This document shows, piece after piece, positions 1 to 9,858 of a stretch of DNA of 64,000 nt (position 1 is the first letter of the stretch; each line of letters opens with the position of its first letter). The stretch is taken from NCBI GenBank assembly GCA_944386445.1, contig CALXBD010000093.1:36235-100234 (forward strand), read 5' to 3'. This DNA comes from an uncultured Clostridia bacterium. GTDB taxonomy: Bacteria; Bacillota; Clostridia; Oscillospirales; Ruminococcaceae. Both the position numbers and the translations under genes were made by a program. The notes beneath the pieces are model-generated. The model saw only the letters and a program-made list of their open reading frames with translations, had not been told where the DNA came from and ran no database searches.

Positions 1-420
1 ATGGGGATCGAACGGCTTTTGATGGTCCTGGAAGCGCAGCATATCGAGATCCCGAAACCAACGCCCTGCGACATTTACATCGCTTCTATGGGCGAAGACG
101 CCGCGATCCGCGCCATGTCGTTGGCGGCATCCATCCGAGAAGAAGGATTCGCGGCCGAATGCGATCTGATTGGCCGCAGTCTGAAAGCTCAGATGAAATA
201 TGCTGATAAGATCGGGGCAAAATTCTCTATGGTCATTGGTGATGACGAGCTGGCAAATCATCGCGCAAAAATTAAAAATATGGCTACCGGCGAGACAACG
301 GAAGTGGATTTGGAGGATGATCTCTCTAAATTCCTTTACGATCAGGAACTTCAGGAACTGTCCGGTGCGCTGGACAGCGGTGAGGTTTCTCCGGAACTGC
401 TGGGCAATCTTCTGAAATGA
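1..420 (+). CDS. hisS: Histidine--tRNA ligase, C-terminal fragment (5' end outside window)
   Basis: The ORF is open at the window edge. The sequence looks like a HisRS anticodon-binding domain (KYADKIGAKFSMVIGDDELANHRAKIKNMATGE). It lies directly upstream of aspS, as in the conserved Firmicute hisS-aspS pair. Confidence 0.85.
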   Translation: MGIERLLMVLEAQHIEIPKPTPCDIYIASMGEDAAIRAMSLAASIREEGFAAECDLIGRSLKAQMKYADKIGAKFSMVIGDDELANHRAKIKNMATGETTEVDLEDDLSKFLYDQELQELSGALDSGEVSPELLGNLLK

Positions 421-519
421 CCTTCCGCCCTTGACAAACCGCCGGAACAGACGGCTTGCGAGGGCGGTTTCCTTGCTTTCAATTTTTCAATAAATTAAAC
501 CAGAAACGGGGTTTTTACT

Positions 520-2292
520 ATGGCAGAATCCATGCGCGGGCTGAAACGGACCCACTACTGCGGGGAAGTTTCTGTCCGGGATATCGGAAATGAAGTGGTC
601 GTGGGCGGCTTTACACAAAAGCAGCGGGATAAGGGCGAATTGGTTTTCATCGACCTGCGGGATCGTACCGGTATCGTCCAGCTGATTTTTGATGATACAA
701 CAGACCGTGCGGTTATGGAAAAGGCAAAAGAGGTCCGCTCGGAATATGTATTGATGGCGAAAGGTACTGTTCGCCGCCGGGAAAGTATCAATCCGGATAT
801 TCCTACCGGCGAAATCGAGATTTTTGTAACGGAATTGCGTATTTTGGCAAAGGCTCAGACACCGCCTTTCCACATCACTGACGAAACGGATACCAATGAG
901 GAACTGCGGCTCCGTTACCGGTATTTGGACCTGAGAAGAGCACAGCTTCAGAAAAACTTGATGATGCGGGCTAAAATCGTCAAGGCCGCCAGAGATTACT
1001 TTGCCGATAACGGGTTTATTGAAATCGAGACCCCTATGCTGATGAAATCCACTCCCGAAGGCGCCCGGGACTATGTGGTCCCTTCGAGAATCCACAACGG
1101 AAGCTTTTATGCACTGCCCCAGTCTCCGCAGATTTACAAGCAGCTGCTGATGATCGCCGGCTTTGACCGCTACATCCAGTTTGCACGGTGCTTCCGCGAC
1201 GAGGACCTTCGGGCCGACCGGCAGCCTGAATTTACCCAGATCGACTTGGAAATGTCTTTTGTGGATACAGAAGATGTTATGGAGATGGGCGAGGGATTTG
1301 TCAAATACATTATGAAAAAGGTCATGAATGTGGACCTTACCGAGCCCCTTCCCCGGCTCACTTATAAGGATGCAATGGAGCGGTTCGGTTCTGACAAGCC
1401 CGATATTCGGTACGGCATGGAGATCACCGACCTGTCCGATATGGTCAAGGACTGTGGTTTCTCCGTCTTCTCCGGAGCGATCCAGGCCGGCGGAAGTGTA
1501 AGGGGAATCGTCGTCAAAAACGGCGCTTCGACCTACACCAGAAAGGAAATCGACAAGCTGACGGAGCAGGCCAAAGGCATCGGTGCCAAGGGACTGGCCT
1601 GGGTTCGCTGGGTAGACGAAAAGCCTGCCTGTTCCTTTGCCAAATTCTTCAGCGAAGAAGAACTGGCGGCACTCCTTCATAAGCTGGGCTGCGAAAAGGG
1701 CGACGTGGCGCTTATTATCGCTGACAAAGATCGGGTAACACTGCCGGTACTGGGTGCGCTGCGTCAGACCTGTGCTAAACGGATGGATATCATTCCGGAG
1801 GGATATGCTTTCCTGTGGATTACCGAGTTCCCGTTCTTTGAGTGGGACGATGAAAGCCAGACCTGGGTGGCCATGCATCATCCCTTTACTATGCCCATGG
1901 ATGAGTGCCTGCCTTATCTGGACAGCGATCCCGGTGCGGTCCGGGCAAAGGCCTATGACCTGGTACTCAACGGCATCGAGCTTTCCAGCGGTTCTATCCG
2001 TATCACCGACTATGAGCTGCAGGAGAAAATGTTCCAGGCTTTAGGGCTGACCGACGAAGAAATCGAGGCCAAATTTGGTTTCCTGGTAGATGCTTACAAG
2101 TTTGGGGCACCGCCTCACGGCGGAATGGGAATCGGCCTGGACCGGCTGTCCATGCTGCTTTGCGGAGCGGATAATATCCGGGATGTCACTGCTTTCCCGA
2201 AGGTCCAGAACGCCAGCGAGCTGATGAGCGGCTGTCCTTCTGAAATCGATCCCAAACAGCTGGAAGAGTTGGGAATCGCGATAAAAGAATAA
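520..2292 (+). CDS. aspS: Aspartate--tRNA ligase
   Basis: 590-aa ORF with class-II AspRS signatures: FIDLRDRTGIVQLIF (OB fold), QSPQIYKQLLM and GGMGIGLDRLSML (motif 3). Confidence 0.97.
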   Translation: MAESMRGLKRTHYCGEVSVRDIGNEVVVGGFTQKQRDKGELVFIDLRDRTGIVQLIFDDTTDRAVMEKAKEVRSEYVLMAKGTVRRRESINPDIPTGEIEIFVTELRILAKAQTPPFHITDETDTNEELRLRYRYLDLRRAQLQKNLMMRAKIVKAARDYFADNGFIEIETPMLMKSTPEGARDYVVPSRIHNGSFYALPQSPQIYKQLLMIAGFDRYIQFARCFRDEDLRADRQPEFTQIDLEMSFVDTEDVMEMGEGFVKYIMKKVMNVDLTEPLPRLTYKDAMERFGSDKPDIRYGMEITDLSDMVKDCGFSVFSGAIQAGGSVRGIVVKNGASTYTRKEIDKLTEQAKGIGAKGLAWVRWVDEKPACSFAKFFSEEELAALLHKLGCEKGDVALIIADKDRVTLPVLGALRQTCAKRMDIIPEGYAFLWITEFPFFEWDDESQTWVAMHHPFTMPMDECLPYLDSDPGAVRAKAYDLVLNGIELSSGSIRITDYELQEKMFQALGLTDEEIEAKFGFLVDAYKFGAPPHGGMGIGLDRLSMLLCGADNIRDVTAFPKVQNASELMSGCPSEIDPKQLEELGIAIKE

Positions 2293-2304
2293 TCGTATCT
2301 GTAC

Positions 2305-2339
2305 AAAATGGCGCGCTGCTATGCAGCGCGCCATTTTTT
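2305..2339. terminator. Bidirectional intrinsic terminator between convergent aspS and murC
   Basis: Hairpin with a 15-bp stem, aaaatggcgcgctgc-tat-gcagcgcgccatttt, flanked by A-run and T-run. Confidence 0.8.
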
Positions 2340-2347
2340 CTTATAAA

Positions 2348-3718
2348 TTATTTTTCCTGCCGGACTTTCAAATTTTCCACAATCATGTGGGCACATTTGT
2401 TGACATCCCCGCAGCCAAGGGTCAGCACCAGATCACCAGGCTGGACCCGTTCTGCCACATATGCGGCAATTTCCGGAAATTCCGGGAACCATACGCAGCC
2501 CGGAATCTTTGCTGCCAGATCCTTGGCATAAATATTCCAGGTATTTTTCTCACGAGAGCCCATGATTTCTGACAATACCACAAAGTCGGCTATCTGCAGC
2601 ACCCGCGCAAAATCATCCAGCAGCGTCGCCGTCCGCGAATAGGTGAATGGCTGATGGACTGCCCAAATCCGCTTGAACGGAAGAGCCTTCGCCGCTTTCA
2701 AAGTTGCTTCAATTTCGGTGGGATGATGGCCGTAATCATCCGCCACTGTCACACCGCCGATCTTTGCCAGAACCTCGAAACGGCGCTGAGCTCCGTGAAA
2801 AGCGTTTAATCCTCGGGCACATTGCTCCCAGCTGGCGCCGACTTCATGAGCGGCTATACAGGCCGCGATGGCATTCAAAATATTGTGGTCGCCAGGGATA
2901 TGCAACCGGATCGTGGTCAGGATTTCCTCTTCGCGACAAAGGTCAAAGGACAACGTCACACCGTCGATATGCTCGATATTTTTCGGATAATAATCATTCA
3001 TATTGGTGTAACCGAAAGTAACCATCCGTTGCGTCAAGCCTTTCACAGCTGTACGAGTATTGGCATCATCGCCGTTGACAATCAGGACCTTATCCGCCTT
3101 CATAGCAAACTTGCGGAACGAAGCGATCAGATTGTCCATTGTCTTAAAGTAGTCCAGATGGTCCGCGTCAATATTGAGAATTACGGCGATATCCGGGTAC
3201 AGATGCAGAAAGGTATCCACAAATTCGCAGGACTCGCAGACCATAATCGGGCCATTTCCCACACGTCCGGAGCCATGAATAGCAGGAAGCTTGCCGCCAA
3301 TGACACAGGTGGGGTCCAATCCGGCATCCAGCAGAATCTGGGTGGTCATGGAAGAGGTCGTGGTCTTTCCATGGGTGCCACTAATACAGATGGCATCCGA
3401 ATAGTGGGCTGTGATCTCCCCCAAAAGGACGCTGCGCTCAATGGTAGGGACTCCGCTCTGGAGGGCTGCGATCAATTCCGGATTATCCTCCATGATGGCG
3501 GCAGTATGGACAATCAGATCTGCTCCCTGGATATTCTCCGCCTTCTGTCCGAGGGTCACGGGGATCCCCATTTCCCGCACCATCTGCAGTGTATCTGTCT
3601 CATTATTATCCGATCCGGTAAGATAATACCCCTTGGCGTGAAGAATCTGGGCCAACGGGAACATTCCGGACCCTCCGATACCGATAAAGTGAATGTGGTG
3701 CTTATTTTCAAGTAACAT
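2348..3718 (-). CDS. murC: UDP-N-acetylmuramate--L-alanine ligase (Mur ligase family)
   Basis: N-terminal FIGIGGSGM nucleotide-binding fold and GTHGKTTT P-loop. SD AAAGGAG lies upstream of the ATG. An Mpl-type ligase cannot be excluded by eye. Confidence 0.85.
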   Translation of the reverse strand: MLLENKHHIHFIGIGGSGMFPLAQILHAKGYYLTGSDNNETDTLQMVREMGIPVTLGQKAENIQGADLIVHTAAIMEDNPELIAALQSGVPTIERSVLLGEITAHYSDAICISGTHGKTTTSSMTTQILLDAGLDPTCVIGGKLPAIHGSGRVGNGPIMVCESCEFVDTFLHLYPDIAVILNIDADHLDYFKTMDNLIASFRKFAMKADKVLIVNGDDANTRTAVKGLTQRMVTFGYTNMNDYYPKNIEHIDGVTLSFDLCREEEILTTIRLHIPGDHNILNAIAACIAAHEVGASWEQCARGLNAFHGAQRRFEVLAKIGGVTVADDYGHHPTEIEATLKAAKALPFKRIWAVHQPFTYSRTATLLDDFARVLQIADFVVLSEIMGSREKNTWNIYAKDLAAKIPGCVWFPEFPEIAAYVAERVQPGDLVLTLGCGDVNKCAHMIVENLKVRQEK

Positions 3719-3736
3719 ATTTTTTCTCCTTTTCGG

Positions 3737-5776
3737 TCAATTCCAACCGTCTTTATTCTGGTCAAAAAGCTTAGTGATAATCACGCCCATTGCTTCATGG
3801 CCGGGTTTGGTAAGCTCGGGGTCTTCCGCAAGCAGCTCTCTTGCCGCTTGCTGAGCCTCCTGCAGCAATTGGGTATCTTCTGTCAGACTGGCGATGGCCA
3901 ATGCGGGCATACCATGCTGACGACTGCCGAAAAAGTCTCCGGAACCCCGCAGTTTCAAGTCTTCCTGAGCGATGACAAAACCGTCCGAAGTCGATTTCAT
4001 CACGCCCAGACGGCGGCGCGTCTCCTCATTGTCATTGTCGGAGACAAGGATACAATAGGACTTCTTACTTCCTCGGCCCACACGTCCGCGCAGCTGATGA
4101 AGCTGTGCCAAGCCGAACCGTTCCGCGTTTTCCACCATCATGATCGTTGCATTAGGGACATCGACCCCTACTTCTACCACAGTAGTAGACACCAGCAGCT
4201 GGATCTCATTTTGCTTAAAATTCTCCATGACGGCTTCCTTTTCCGCCGCTTTCATCCGGCCATGAAGAAGGCCTATCCGGCAATCCGGAAACATGGCTTC
4301 CAGGCTTGCCGCATACTGAGCGGCAGCCCGCAGTTCACTATCTGTATCCTCAATCAGGGGACATACAATATACGCCTGCTCCCCTGCGTCCAAGTGCTGC
4401 CGGATAAAGTTCAAGGCGCGCTGTCGCTTATCGGAATGGACGACCAGTGTTTCCACAGGCTGGCGGCCTTTTGGCAGTTCATCCAGTACAGACAGGTCCA
4501 AATCCCCATAAAAAATCAGTGCCAGCGTCCGCGGGATTGGGGTTGCGGACATAACCAGGCTATGAGGACTTTCCCCCTTACCGGCCAACTTTCGGCGCTG
4601 CTCTACGCCAAAACGATGCTGCTCATCTGTAATCACCAATCCCAGGCTGCAAAATTCAGTAGACTGCTGTACCAGCGCATGGGTTCCTACCGCTACGTCA
4701 TATTCTCCAGCTGCCAGCGCCTCCTTCAGTTCCGTTTTCTGCTTAGGGGTCAGGGAACCGGTCAACAGACAAACCCGGATTCCCAACGGCTCCAACACCT
4801 TTTTAAACGTCTCATAATGCTGTCCCGCCAGAATTTCGGTGGGCGCCATTACGGCGGTCTGACAGCTGTTTTTAGCAGCTGCATAGGCTGCAGCCGCCGC
4901 CACCATAGTTTTACCGGAACCCACATCCCCCTGTAAAAGTCGGTTCATTGGGTTCGGCTTCTGCAGATCCTCCAAAATTTCCCGGATGGCCCTCTGCTGC
5001 GCTCCCGTCAAGGAAAACGGCAGCGACTTTTCAAACGGAGCAATATCAACCGGTTTCATCTGTACCGCGCCGGCTGCTTTTTCCCGGCGCCGCAGGCGAA
5101 TCAAAGCCAGCGACAGGGTAAAAAACTCCTCAAAAACCAGCCGGCGCCGGGCAATTTCGCAGGCTTCCCTCCCCTTTGGGAAATGGATATTTTCAATTGC
5201 GTAACGCAGCTGACAAAGTTCCTGCTGCCGCAGCACATCCTTTGGCATCGGGTCTTCCAACCGGTCTGCAAAACGTTCCACTGCCTCCTTCAGGTTGTTG
5301 ACAACCATTCCTCCGGTAAGCCCTTCCGTCAAACTATAAACCGGCCGCAGCACTCCACTTTCCCTTTCCGGCACATAGGTGGAAAGCGCAAGCTGATACT
5401 TGCCGACATTTCGGCTGAATCGGCCGGTAAAAACATATTCTTCTCCGGCCTTCAATCCATAATATGCGTATTCGCTGTTAAAAATGGTTACCTGAAAGTT
5501 AGAAATTCCATCATTCGCAATTAATTTGTAAAGGACCAGTCCTTTTCGGATGGGTGCAGGCGGAAATTTTCGTATAACAGTCCCTTTGATTACACAGTTT
5601 TCCCCGTCTGCGCATTCCGCAGCCGGTGTCGGGTCCGTATAGTCGATATAGGTGCGCGGATAAAACCGCAGTAAATCCCGAACGGTAAAAACTCCCAGCT
5701 TTTCATAGAGGGCGGCCCGTTTCGCGCCGACGTTTTTTAAGATTGTGACCGGTGAATCCAAAGTTTCTTCGGGCAT
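3737..5776 (-). CDS. recG: ATP-dependent DNA helicase RecG
   Basis: SF2 helicase motifs GDVGSGKTMVA and ITDEQHRFGV, with a wedge-domain N-terminus. I moved the start from the longest-ORF ATG (5818) to ATG 5776. AAGGAGG precedes 5776, and 5809-5837 is a terminator hairpin. Confidence 0.93.
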   Translation of the reverse strand: MPEETLDSPVTILKNVGAKRAALYEKLGVFTVRDLLRFYPRTYIDYTDPTPAAECADGENCVIKGTVIRKFPPAPIRKGLVLYKLIANDGISNFQVTIFNSEYAYYGLKAGEEYVFTGRFSRNVGKYQLALSTYVPERESGVLRPVYSLTEGLTGGMVVNNLKEAVERFADRLEDPMPKDVLRQQELCQLRYAIENIHFPKGREACEIARRRLVFEEFFTLSLALIRLRRREKAAGAVQMKPVDIAPFEKSLPFSLTGAQQRAIREILEDLQKPNPMNRLLQGDVGSGKTMVAAAAAYAAAKNSCQTAVMAPTEILAGQHYETFKKVLEPLGIRVCLLTGSLTPKQKTELKEALAAGEYDVAVGTHALVQQSTEFCSLGLVITDEQHRFGVEQRRKLAGKGESPHSLVMSATPIPRTLALIFYGDLDLSVLDELPKGRQPVETLVVHSDKRQRALNFIRQHLDAGEQAYIVCPLIEDTDSELRAAAQYAASLEAMFPDCRIGLLHGRMKAAEKEAVMENFKQNEIQLLVSTTVVEVGVDVPNATIMMVENAERFGLAQLHQLRGRVGRGSKKSYCILVSDNDNEETRRRLGVMKSTSDGFVIAQEDLKLRGSGDFFGSRQHGMPALAIASLTEDTQLLQEAQQAARELLAEDPELTKPGHEAMGVIITKLFDQNKDGWN

Positions 5777-5801
5777 AGAGCCTCCTTTCTGATTCCTACG
5801 G

Positions 5802-5837
5802 AACAAAAGCAAGCCCATTGCTTTGCAATGGGCTTGC
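5802..5837 (-). terminator. Intrinsic terminator/attenuator between yloV and recG
   Basis: On the minus strand: gcaagcccattgc-aaa-gcaatgggcttgc followed by TTTTGTT. Confidence 0.8.
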
Positions 5838-5852
5838 GCCGAAAAGCCAGTT

Positions 5853-7496
5853 TTATTCTACCGAAATAATATAATAGTATACCGGCTGGCCGCCGTTGAT
5901 GAGATTGACTTCCAAATTGCTGGAAAGCTTGGATTTCAGCACCTCACAAGCCTCCTGCGCCTGATCGTCCGTGACATCCGCTCCGTACAGAACCGTCACA
6001 AAGCTGGAATCCTTCCGCACCAGGGAACGGGTCAACTTATAGAGAGACTTCGTCAGATCTTTTTCCACAAAGCTCAGCTTCCCGTTTTCCAGGGCTAAAA
6101 TCTCACCGGCCTTGATGTTGTGCCCATCGAATTCGCTGTCCCGGGCTGCAAACGTGATCTGTCCGGTCTGGACCCTTGAAAATGCCTCCGTCATCAATAC
6201 CTGATTATCATTAAAGGAGGCATCCGGATCAAACGCCAACATCGCGGCGATACCCTGCGGGATACTGACTGTCTGAAGAACACACACCCGACGGTCTGCC
6301 AATTTGACTGCCTGCTCCGCGGCCATAATAATATTTTTATTATTCGGCAGCACAAAAACAGTCTGAGCCGGTGTCGCATGGATTGCCTTCAGGATATCAT
6401 CTGTACTGGGGTTCATGGTCTGACCCCCGGAAACGATCTGATTCACACCTAGATCCGTAAACAGCGCCTGAACGCCCTGACCCGCTGCCACAGCCACGAA
6501 TCCGAAGGGGATTTCCGGATCCACAGGAACATAGGTAGCGTCTTCCTCCATCTGTTCTGCCTCTTCAACCTGGGCGGTATGCTGCTCCTTCATATTCTCG
6601 ATCTTCATTTTTGTCAGCACGCCAAATTGAAGGCCATTTTCCAAAGCGTTTCCGGGATGGTTCGTATGAACATGGACTTTAATGATCTCATCATCATCCA
6701 CCACTACGACGCTATCGCCGATAGACTCCAGGTAAGCCCGCAGCTTCAGGGCGTCTTCCGCACCGGCAGCCTTTTCCACTATAAACTCTGTGCAGTAGGT
6801 ATACTTAATATCCCCGCTTGCCTCTGCAACCGCCGAGCGTTTCGGACGGGGAGCTTCTGCCGGGCGTGTGCTCTCCGGACGGGCCACCTGTCCTCCTTCG
6901 AAAACGGCCAACATCGCATTCACAATGACGACAAATCCCTTGCCGCCCGCATCAACCACCCCGGCTTTTTTCAAAACCGGCAGCATCTCAGGTGTACGCG
7001 CAAGGGTTTCCTCTGCCTGAGCAGCAATTGCGCGGAATACCGTCAATGCATCATTGGTCTGGGCCGCCACCTCCTGTGCCTTTTCAGCTGATTCTCTAGC
7101 CACAGTCAGGATGGTCCCCTCTGTCGGCTTCATAACCGCCTTATAAGCTGCGGAAACACCCTCACTGAGAGCCTCCGCCAAATCAGTTCCCGTAGCCTCA
7201 TTTTTTCCCTTCAGGCCTTTGCTGAATCCTCTGAACAGCAGGGACAGAATCACACCGGAATTTCCTCGTGCCCCTCTCAGCAAGGCCGACGCAGTGACTT
7301 TAGAAGTCTCAGCCACAGTAGGTTCTTTCAGCAATTCCAACTCGCGCACTGCTGCGCCAATGGTCATGGACATATTGGTGCCGGTATCCCCATCGGGGAC
7401 TGGAAATACGTTTAATTCGTCAACCTTTTGTTTCTGGTTGGCAATCGTATACGCTGCAGAAACAATCGCATCCCGCAGCATGGTTCCGTTAATCAC
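5853..7496 (-). CDS. yloV: DAK2 domain fusion protein YloV
   Basis: N-terminal Dak2 motif DGDTGTNM with a YloV-type C-terminal domain. GTG start with SD AAGGAGCGG. Synteny Asp23-YloV-RecG matches B. subtilis yloU-yloV-recG. Confidence 0.9.
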   Translation of the reverse strand: MINGTMLRDAIVSAAYTIANQKQKVDELNVFPVPDGDTGTNMSMTIGAAVRELELLKEPTVAETSKVTASALLRGARGNSGVILSLLFRGFSKGLKGKNEATGTDLAEALSEGVSAAYKAVMKPTEGTILTVARESAEKAQEVAAQTNDALTVFRAIAAQAEETLARTPEMLPVLKKAGVVDAGGKGFVVIVNAMLAVFEGGQVARPESTRPAEAPRPKRSAVAEASGDIKYTYCTEFIVEKAAGAEDALKLRAYLESIGDSVVVVDDDEIIKVHVHTNHPGNALENGLQFGVLTKMKIENMKEQHTAQVEEAEQMEEDATYVPVDPEIPFGFVAVAAGQGVQALFTDLGVNQIVSGGQTMNPSTDDILKAIHATPAQTVFVLPNNKNIIMAAEQAVKLADRRVCVLQTVSIPQGIAAMLAFDPDASFNDNQVLMTEAFSRVQTGQITFAARDSEFDGHNIKAGEILALENGKLSFVEKDLTKSLYKLTRSLVRKDSSFVTVLYGADVTDDQAQEACEVLKSKLSSNLEVNLINGGQPVYYYIISVE

Positions 7497-7552
7497 TGAC
7501 AGCCGCTCCTTATCAAGCGCCAGAAAGGCGCTTTCTTTATTTCTGACCCATC

Positions 7553-7906
7553 TCAGCTGGTCCGCATCCCGTCCACAAAGACGTTGACGTGATCCACCTG
7601 GATGCCGGTTACTTCTTCCACGGTATAGCTCACCTTATGCATGATACTTTTCACGATTGCAGATATATTGGTGCCATACATCACGATGATATGCAGGTCT
7701 ATAATCAGTTTACCGTTACGGCTGCGGATCTTAACGCCTCTTGAATCCTCCCGGCCGCGCAGGACCTTACTCAAAAAGCCCTGTGCCGCATCGGAGACAG
7801 CCATTCCGGCAACGCCGAAGCAGCTGGTAGCCGTTGCGCCCACCAAATTGACGAAAAAGTTCTGCGAAATATCAATTGTGCCGAGATGGTTTTTGAGTTT
7901 TACCAT
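7553..7906 (-). CDS. yloU: Asp23/Gls24 family envelope-stress (alkaline shock) protein
   Basis: Asp23-like sequence (GVAGMA...IIDLHIIVMYGTNISAIVKSIMHKV...). I chose ATG 7906 (MVKLKNH) because of SD AAAGGGGGG. The longest ORF starts at 7942. Confidence 0.85.
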   Translation of the reverse strand: MVKLKNHLGTIDISQNFFVNLVGATATSCFGVAGMAVSDAAQGFLSKVLRGREDSRGVKIRSRNGKLIIDLHIIVMYGTNISAIVKSIMHKVSYTVEEVTGIQVDHVNVFVDGMRTS

Positions 7907-8070
7907 GAACAACCCCCCTTTATTCCAGGCTTCCGGAGCCAATCAGAAGGTTTCCGGAAACGAAATTGCATCAATTACTCTGATGGGTATTCTTATTAAC
8001 AGTTTAATCAAAAAATCCCTCTTTGTCAAGGGAAACCATGAAAGGTTCACAGTCTTGCAAAAAACCTCGG

Positions 8071-8099
8071 GCATATCTTTGAGCGGTGCCACATAAAGT
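8071..8099 (+). promoter_or_regulatory. Possible sigma-E-type sporulation promoter upstream of spoIIP
   Basis: GCATATC-N14-CATAAAGT resembles the B. subtilis sigma-E consensus (ATATT-N14-CATACA-T) and lies 38 nt upstream of the spoIIP ATG. This is a by-eye match only. Confidence 0.3.
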
Positions 8100-8136
8100 A
8101 TAGTGTTGCTATCCGTTGAGAAGGGAGGAGTTTGTC

Positions 8137-9291
8137 ATGCGGACACGGCTGCGCCGGAGGCTGCTGCTCAAAAAAATTATTGCGGGGTTGTTTTTAGCAG
8201 CTGCCATTCCGTTAGCTGCGGGGGGATTACTTTGGGCAATGCCACAAATTTCTGGGATTGTTGCAAGGGCCGGAGTGATCTCTGCGGGATTGGCGCTTCC
8301 GGAAGGCGGACTTGCCTTGCTGCAGGGGTTTGGTCAGCAGGAAGAGGAACTTCCTTCCCAGGTATCGACTGAAACTCATTCTGCCAGTTCAGAAATTTCC
8401 GAACTGCAAGAAGAGTCCCAGCTTTCTTCCGAACCAATTCAGGAGGAATCTGTCTCCGAACCGGAACCAGAACCGGAGCCTTATGTTGCTGAAGAAAATA
8501 GAGCTACATTGATTCATAAAACTTACACAACGGCGCCCTCTGATATTTATATTCCCCTTGAAAACGGGTATATTAAAAACTGCACCTCCCTGTCAAGGGA
8601 GGAACTTGTCAAACAGGTTCAGAATCCGCCGGACTTCTCCATTTCCGATGATGGCCCGCAGGTTTTGATCATGCACACCCATACTACTGAAAGCTACATT
8701 CCTTTTACCGGAGACTACTATGATAAAACCATGAGCTTCCGTTCTACAGACAATACCCAGAACATGTCGGCCGTAGGCGACAAGATCGTTGAACAGCTGG
8801 AAGCCGCAGGGATCCAGGTCCTTCACGATGTCACCCAACACGATTATCCGTCTTATAACGGCTCCTATGAACGTTCCCGGGTCACCGTGCAAAAGTATCT
8901 GGAGCAATATCCTTCCATTAAGGTGGTGCTGGATATCCATCGGGACGCGATTGTTTCCGGGGACACGGTCACGGCGCCTGTCGCGGAGATCGATGGCCGC
9001 ACCGCAGCCCAGGTTATGATTATTTCAGGCTGTGATGACGGAACCATGGGATTTCCCAATTACATGCAGAACCTGCACTTCTCCGCAGCACTGCAGAATC
9101 AGCTGGAAGGAGATTATCCGGGGTTGACCCGGCCGGTATTATTCGACTATCGCCTTTACAATCAGGATCTGACCTCCGGTTCCATCCTGATTGAGGTAGG
9201 GGGCCATGGAAATACCCTGGAACAGGCCTGCTATTCCGGCGAACTCATCGGAAAGGCATTGGGAGAGCTTCTGAACTGTTTGAAACAATAA
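8137..9291 (+). CDS. spoIIP: Stage II sporulation protein P
   Basis: N-terminal TM segment, acidic linker, and SpoIIP amidase-like signatures VLIMHTHTTESY and LDIHRDAI. SD AGGGAGGAG sits 6 nt before ATG 8137. Confidence 0.85.
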   Translation: MRTRLRRRLLLKKIIAGLFLAAAIPLAAGGLLWAMPQISGIVARAGVISAGLALPEGGLALLQGFGQQEEELPSQVSTETHSASSEISELQEESQLSSEPIQEESVSEPEPEPEPYVAEENRATLIHKTYTTAPSDIYIPLENGYIKNCTSLSREELVKQVQNPPDFSISDDGPQVLIMHTHTTESYIPFTGDYYDKTMSFRSTDNTQNMSAVGDKIVEQLEAAGIQVLHDVTQHDYPSYNGSYERSRVTVQKYLEQYPSIKVVLDIHRDAIVSGDTVTAPVAEIDGRTAAQVMIISGCDDGTMGFPNYMQNLHFSAALQNQLEGDYPGLTRPVLFDYRLYNQDLTSGSILIEVGGHGNTLEQACYSGELIGKALGELLNCLKQ

Positions 9292-9302
9292 CGGAGGTCC
9301 TT

Positions 9303-9635
9303 ATGAAGCATCCCTTTCGAGCATTTTTATGGGGATTTGTTCCGACTCTGTGCGTATTTGCGCTGGTGGCAGGGCTGTGTACCGTGTGGGTCAACACCCA
9401 GTTAGTGTTGACCCCGGGAGCAGCCCTTTTTCAGCTGCAGGAATCAGAACCGTTCCGATACACTTTAGAAGCCTTTGGAACGGAACTTTCTTTTCAACTG
9501 CCCCAGCTGCCGGATCAATTGACGTTCTTTTCCAAATATCCGTCTTTGCTGCCGCGAAGTCTGCGGCTTACTGCCTGGATCTGGGACAACCTTTCCCAAT
9601 GGATGGCATATCTCAGGGATTTTCTGCCATACTAA
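9303..9635 (+). CDS. Hypothetical membrane-anchored protein
   Basis: 110-aa ORF with SD GGAGG and one N-terminal hydrophobic helix (FLWGFVPTLCVFALVAGLCTVWV). I recognise no family. Confidence 0.45.
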   Translation: MKHPFRAFLWGFVPTLCVFALVAGLCTVWVNTQLVLTPGAALFQLQESEPFRYTLEAFGTELSFQLPQLPDQLTFFSKYPSLLPRSLRLTAWIWDNLSQWMAYLRDFLPY

Positions 9636-9654
9636 TCACAAAGGAGGCATTGCG

Positions 9655-9858
9655 ATGATATCTATTACCGATGGAGAGTTATCCGCTTTGGAGCGGCGTT
9701 TCCGGGACGAAGCACACCTTGTCCGGGAATATGCCAAAAGTGCCAAGCTTTGTGCAGATCCTCAGCTGAAAACCAAATTTCAGGAAACCGCAGCTATTCA
9801 TCGGGCTCACTGCCTGGCACTTTCCCAGCTGCTTACGGAAGAGGAGGGAGCTCATTGA
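9655..9858 (+). CDS. Small helical protein, probable partner of the CotF-like protein
   Basis: 67 aa, SD AAAGGAGG. Its stop overlaps the TTG start of the next ORF (ATTGA). Confidence 0.5.
   Translation: MISITDGELSALERRFRDEAHLVREYAKSAKLCADPQLKTKFQETAAIHRAHCLALSQLLTEEEGAH

Noticed and set aside
421-519. A hairpin (aaaccgcc ... ggcggttt, with an alternative arm ccgccc at 425-430) between hisS and aspS that could be a T-box, attenuator or terminator.
   Set aside because: At 99 nt it is too short for a T-box. I found no specifier or T-box consensus sequence, and the downstream U-tract is interrupted (ccttgctttc). At most it is a weak intra-operon attenuator, and I could not support that.
487-1881. 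464-aa ORF antisense to aspS. Similar long antisense ORFs occur at 2822-3715, 3797-4936, 20468-21199, 29592-31010 (472 aa), 32698-33816, 34563-35450, 49046-50164 and 51993-52985.
   Set aside because: Each lies entirely opposite a gene with clear family motifs. They have low-complexity, Arg/His/Gly-rich, homopolymer-like composition and no SD context. They are typical shadow ORFs of moderately GC-rich coding DNA.
5777-5818. Longest-ORF N-terminal extensions from the track. Examples are recG 5818, Asp23 7942, ung 12239, mnmA 15402, AAC(3) 20445, trxB 32606, permease 40682, SleB-like 44885 and ATP-grasp 52011.
   Set aside because: In each case an internal ATG/GTG with a well-spaced SD coincides with the start of recognisable homology. 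The extension overlaps terminators, promoters or neighbouring genes.
7516-7543. A plus-strand terminator-like element (agcgcc-agaaa-ggcgct + TTCTTTATTTC) between two minus-strand genes (yloU, yloV).
   Set aside because: The stem is only 6 bp. On the coding (minus) strand it lacks a U-tract. It could be chance or a minor mRNA-stability hairpin, and I found no plus-strand transcription unit for it to terminate.
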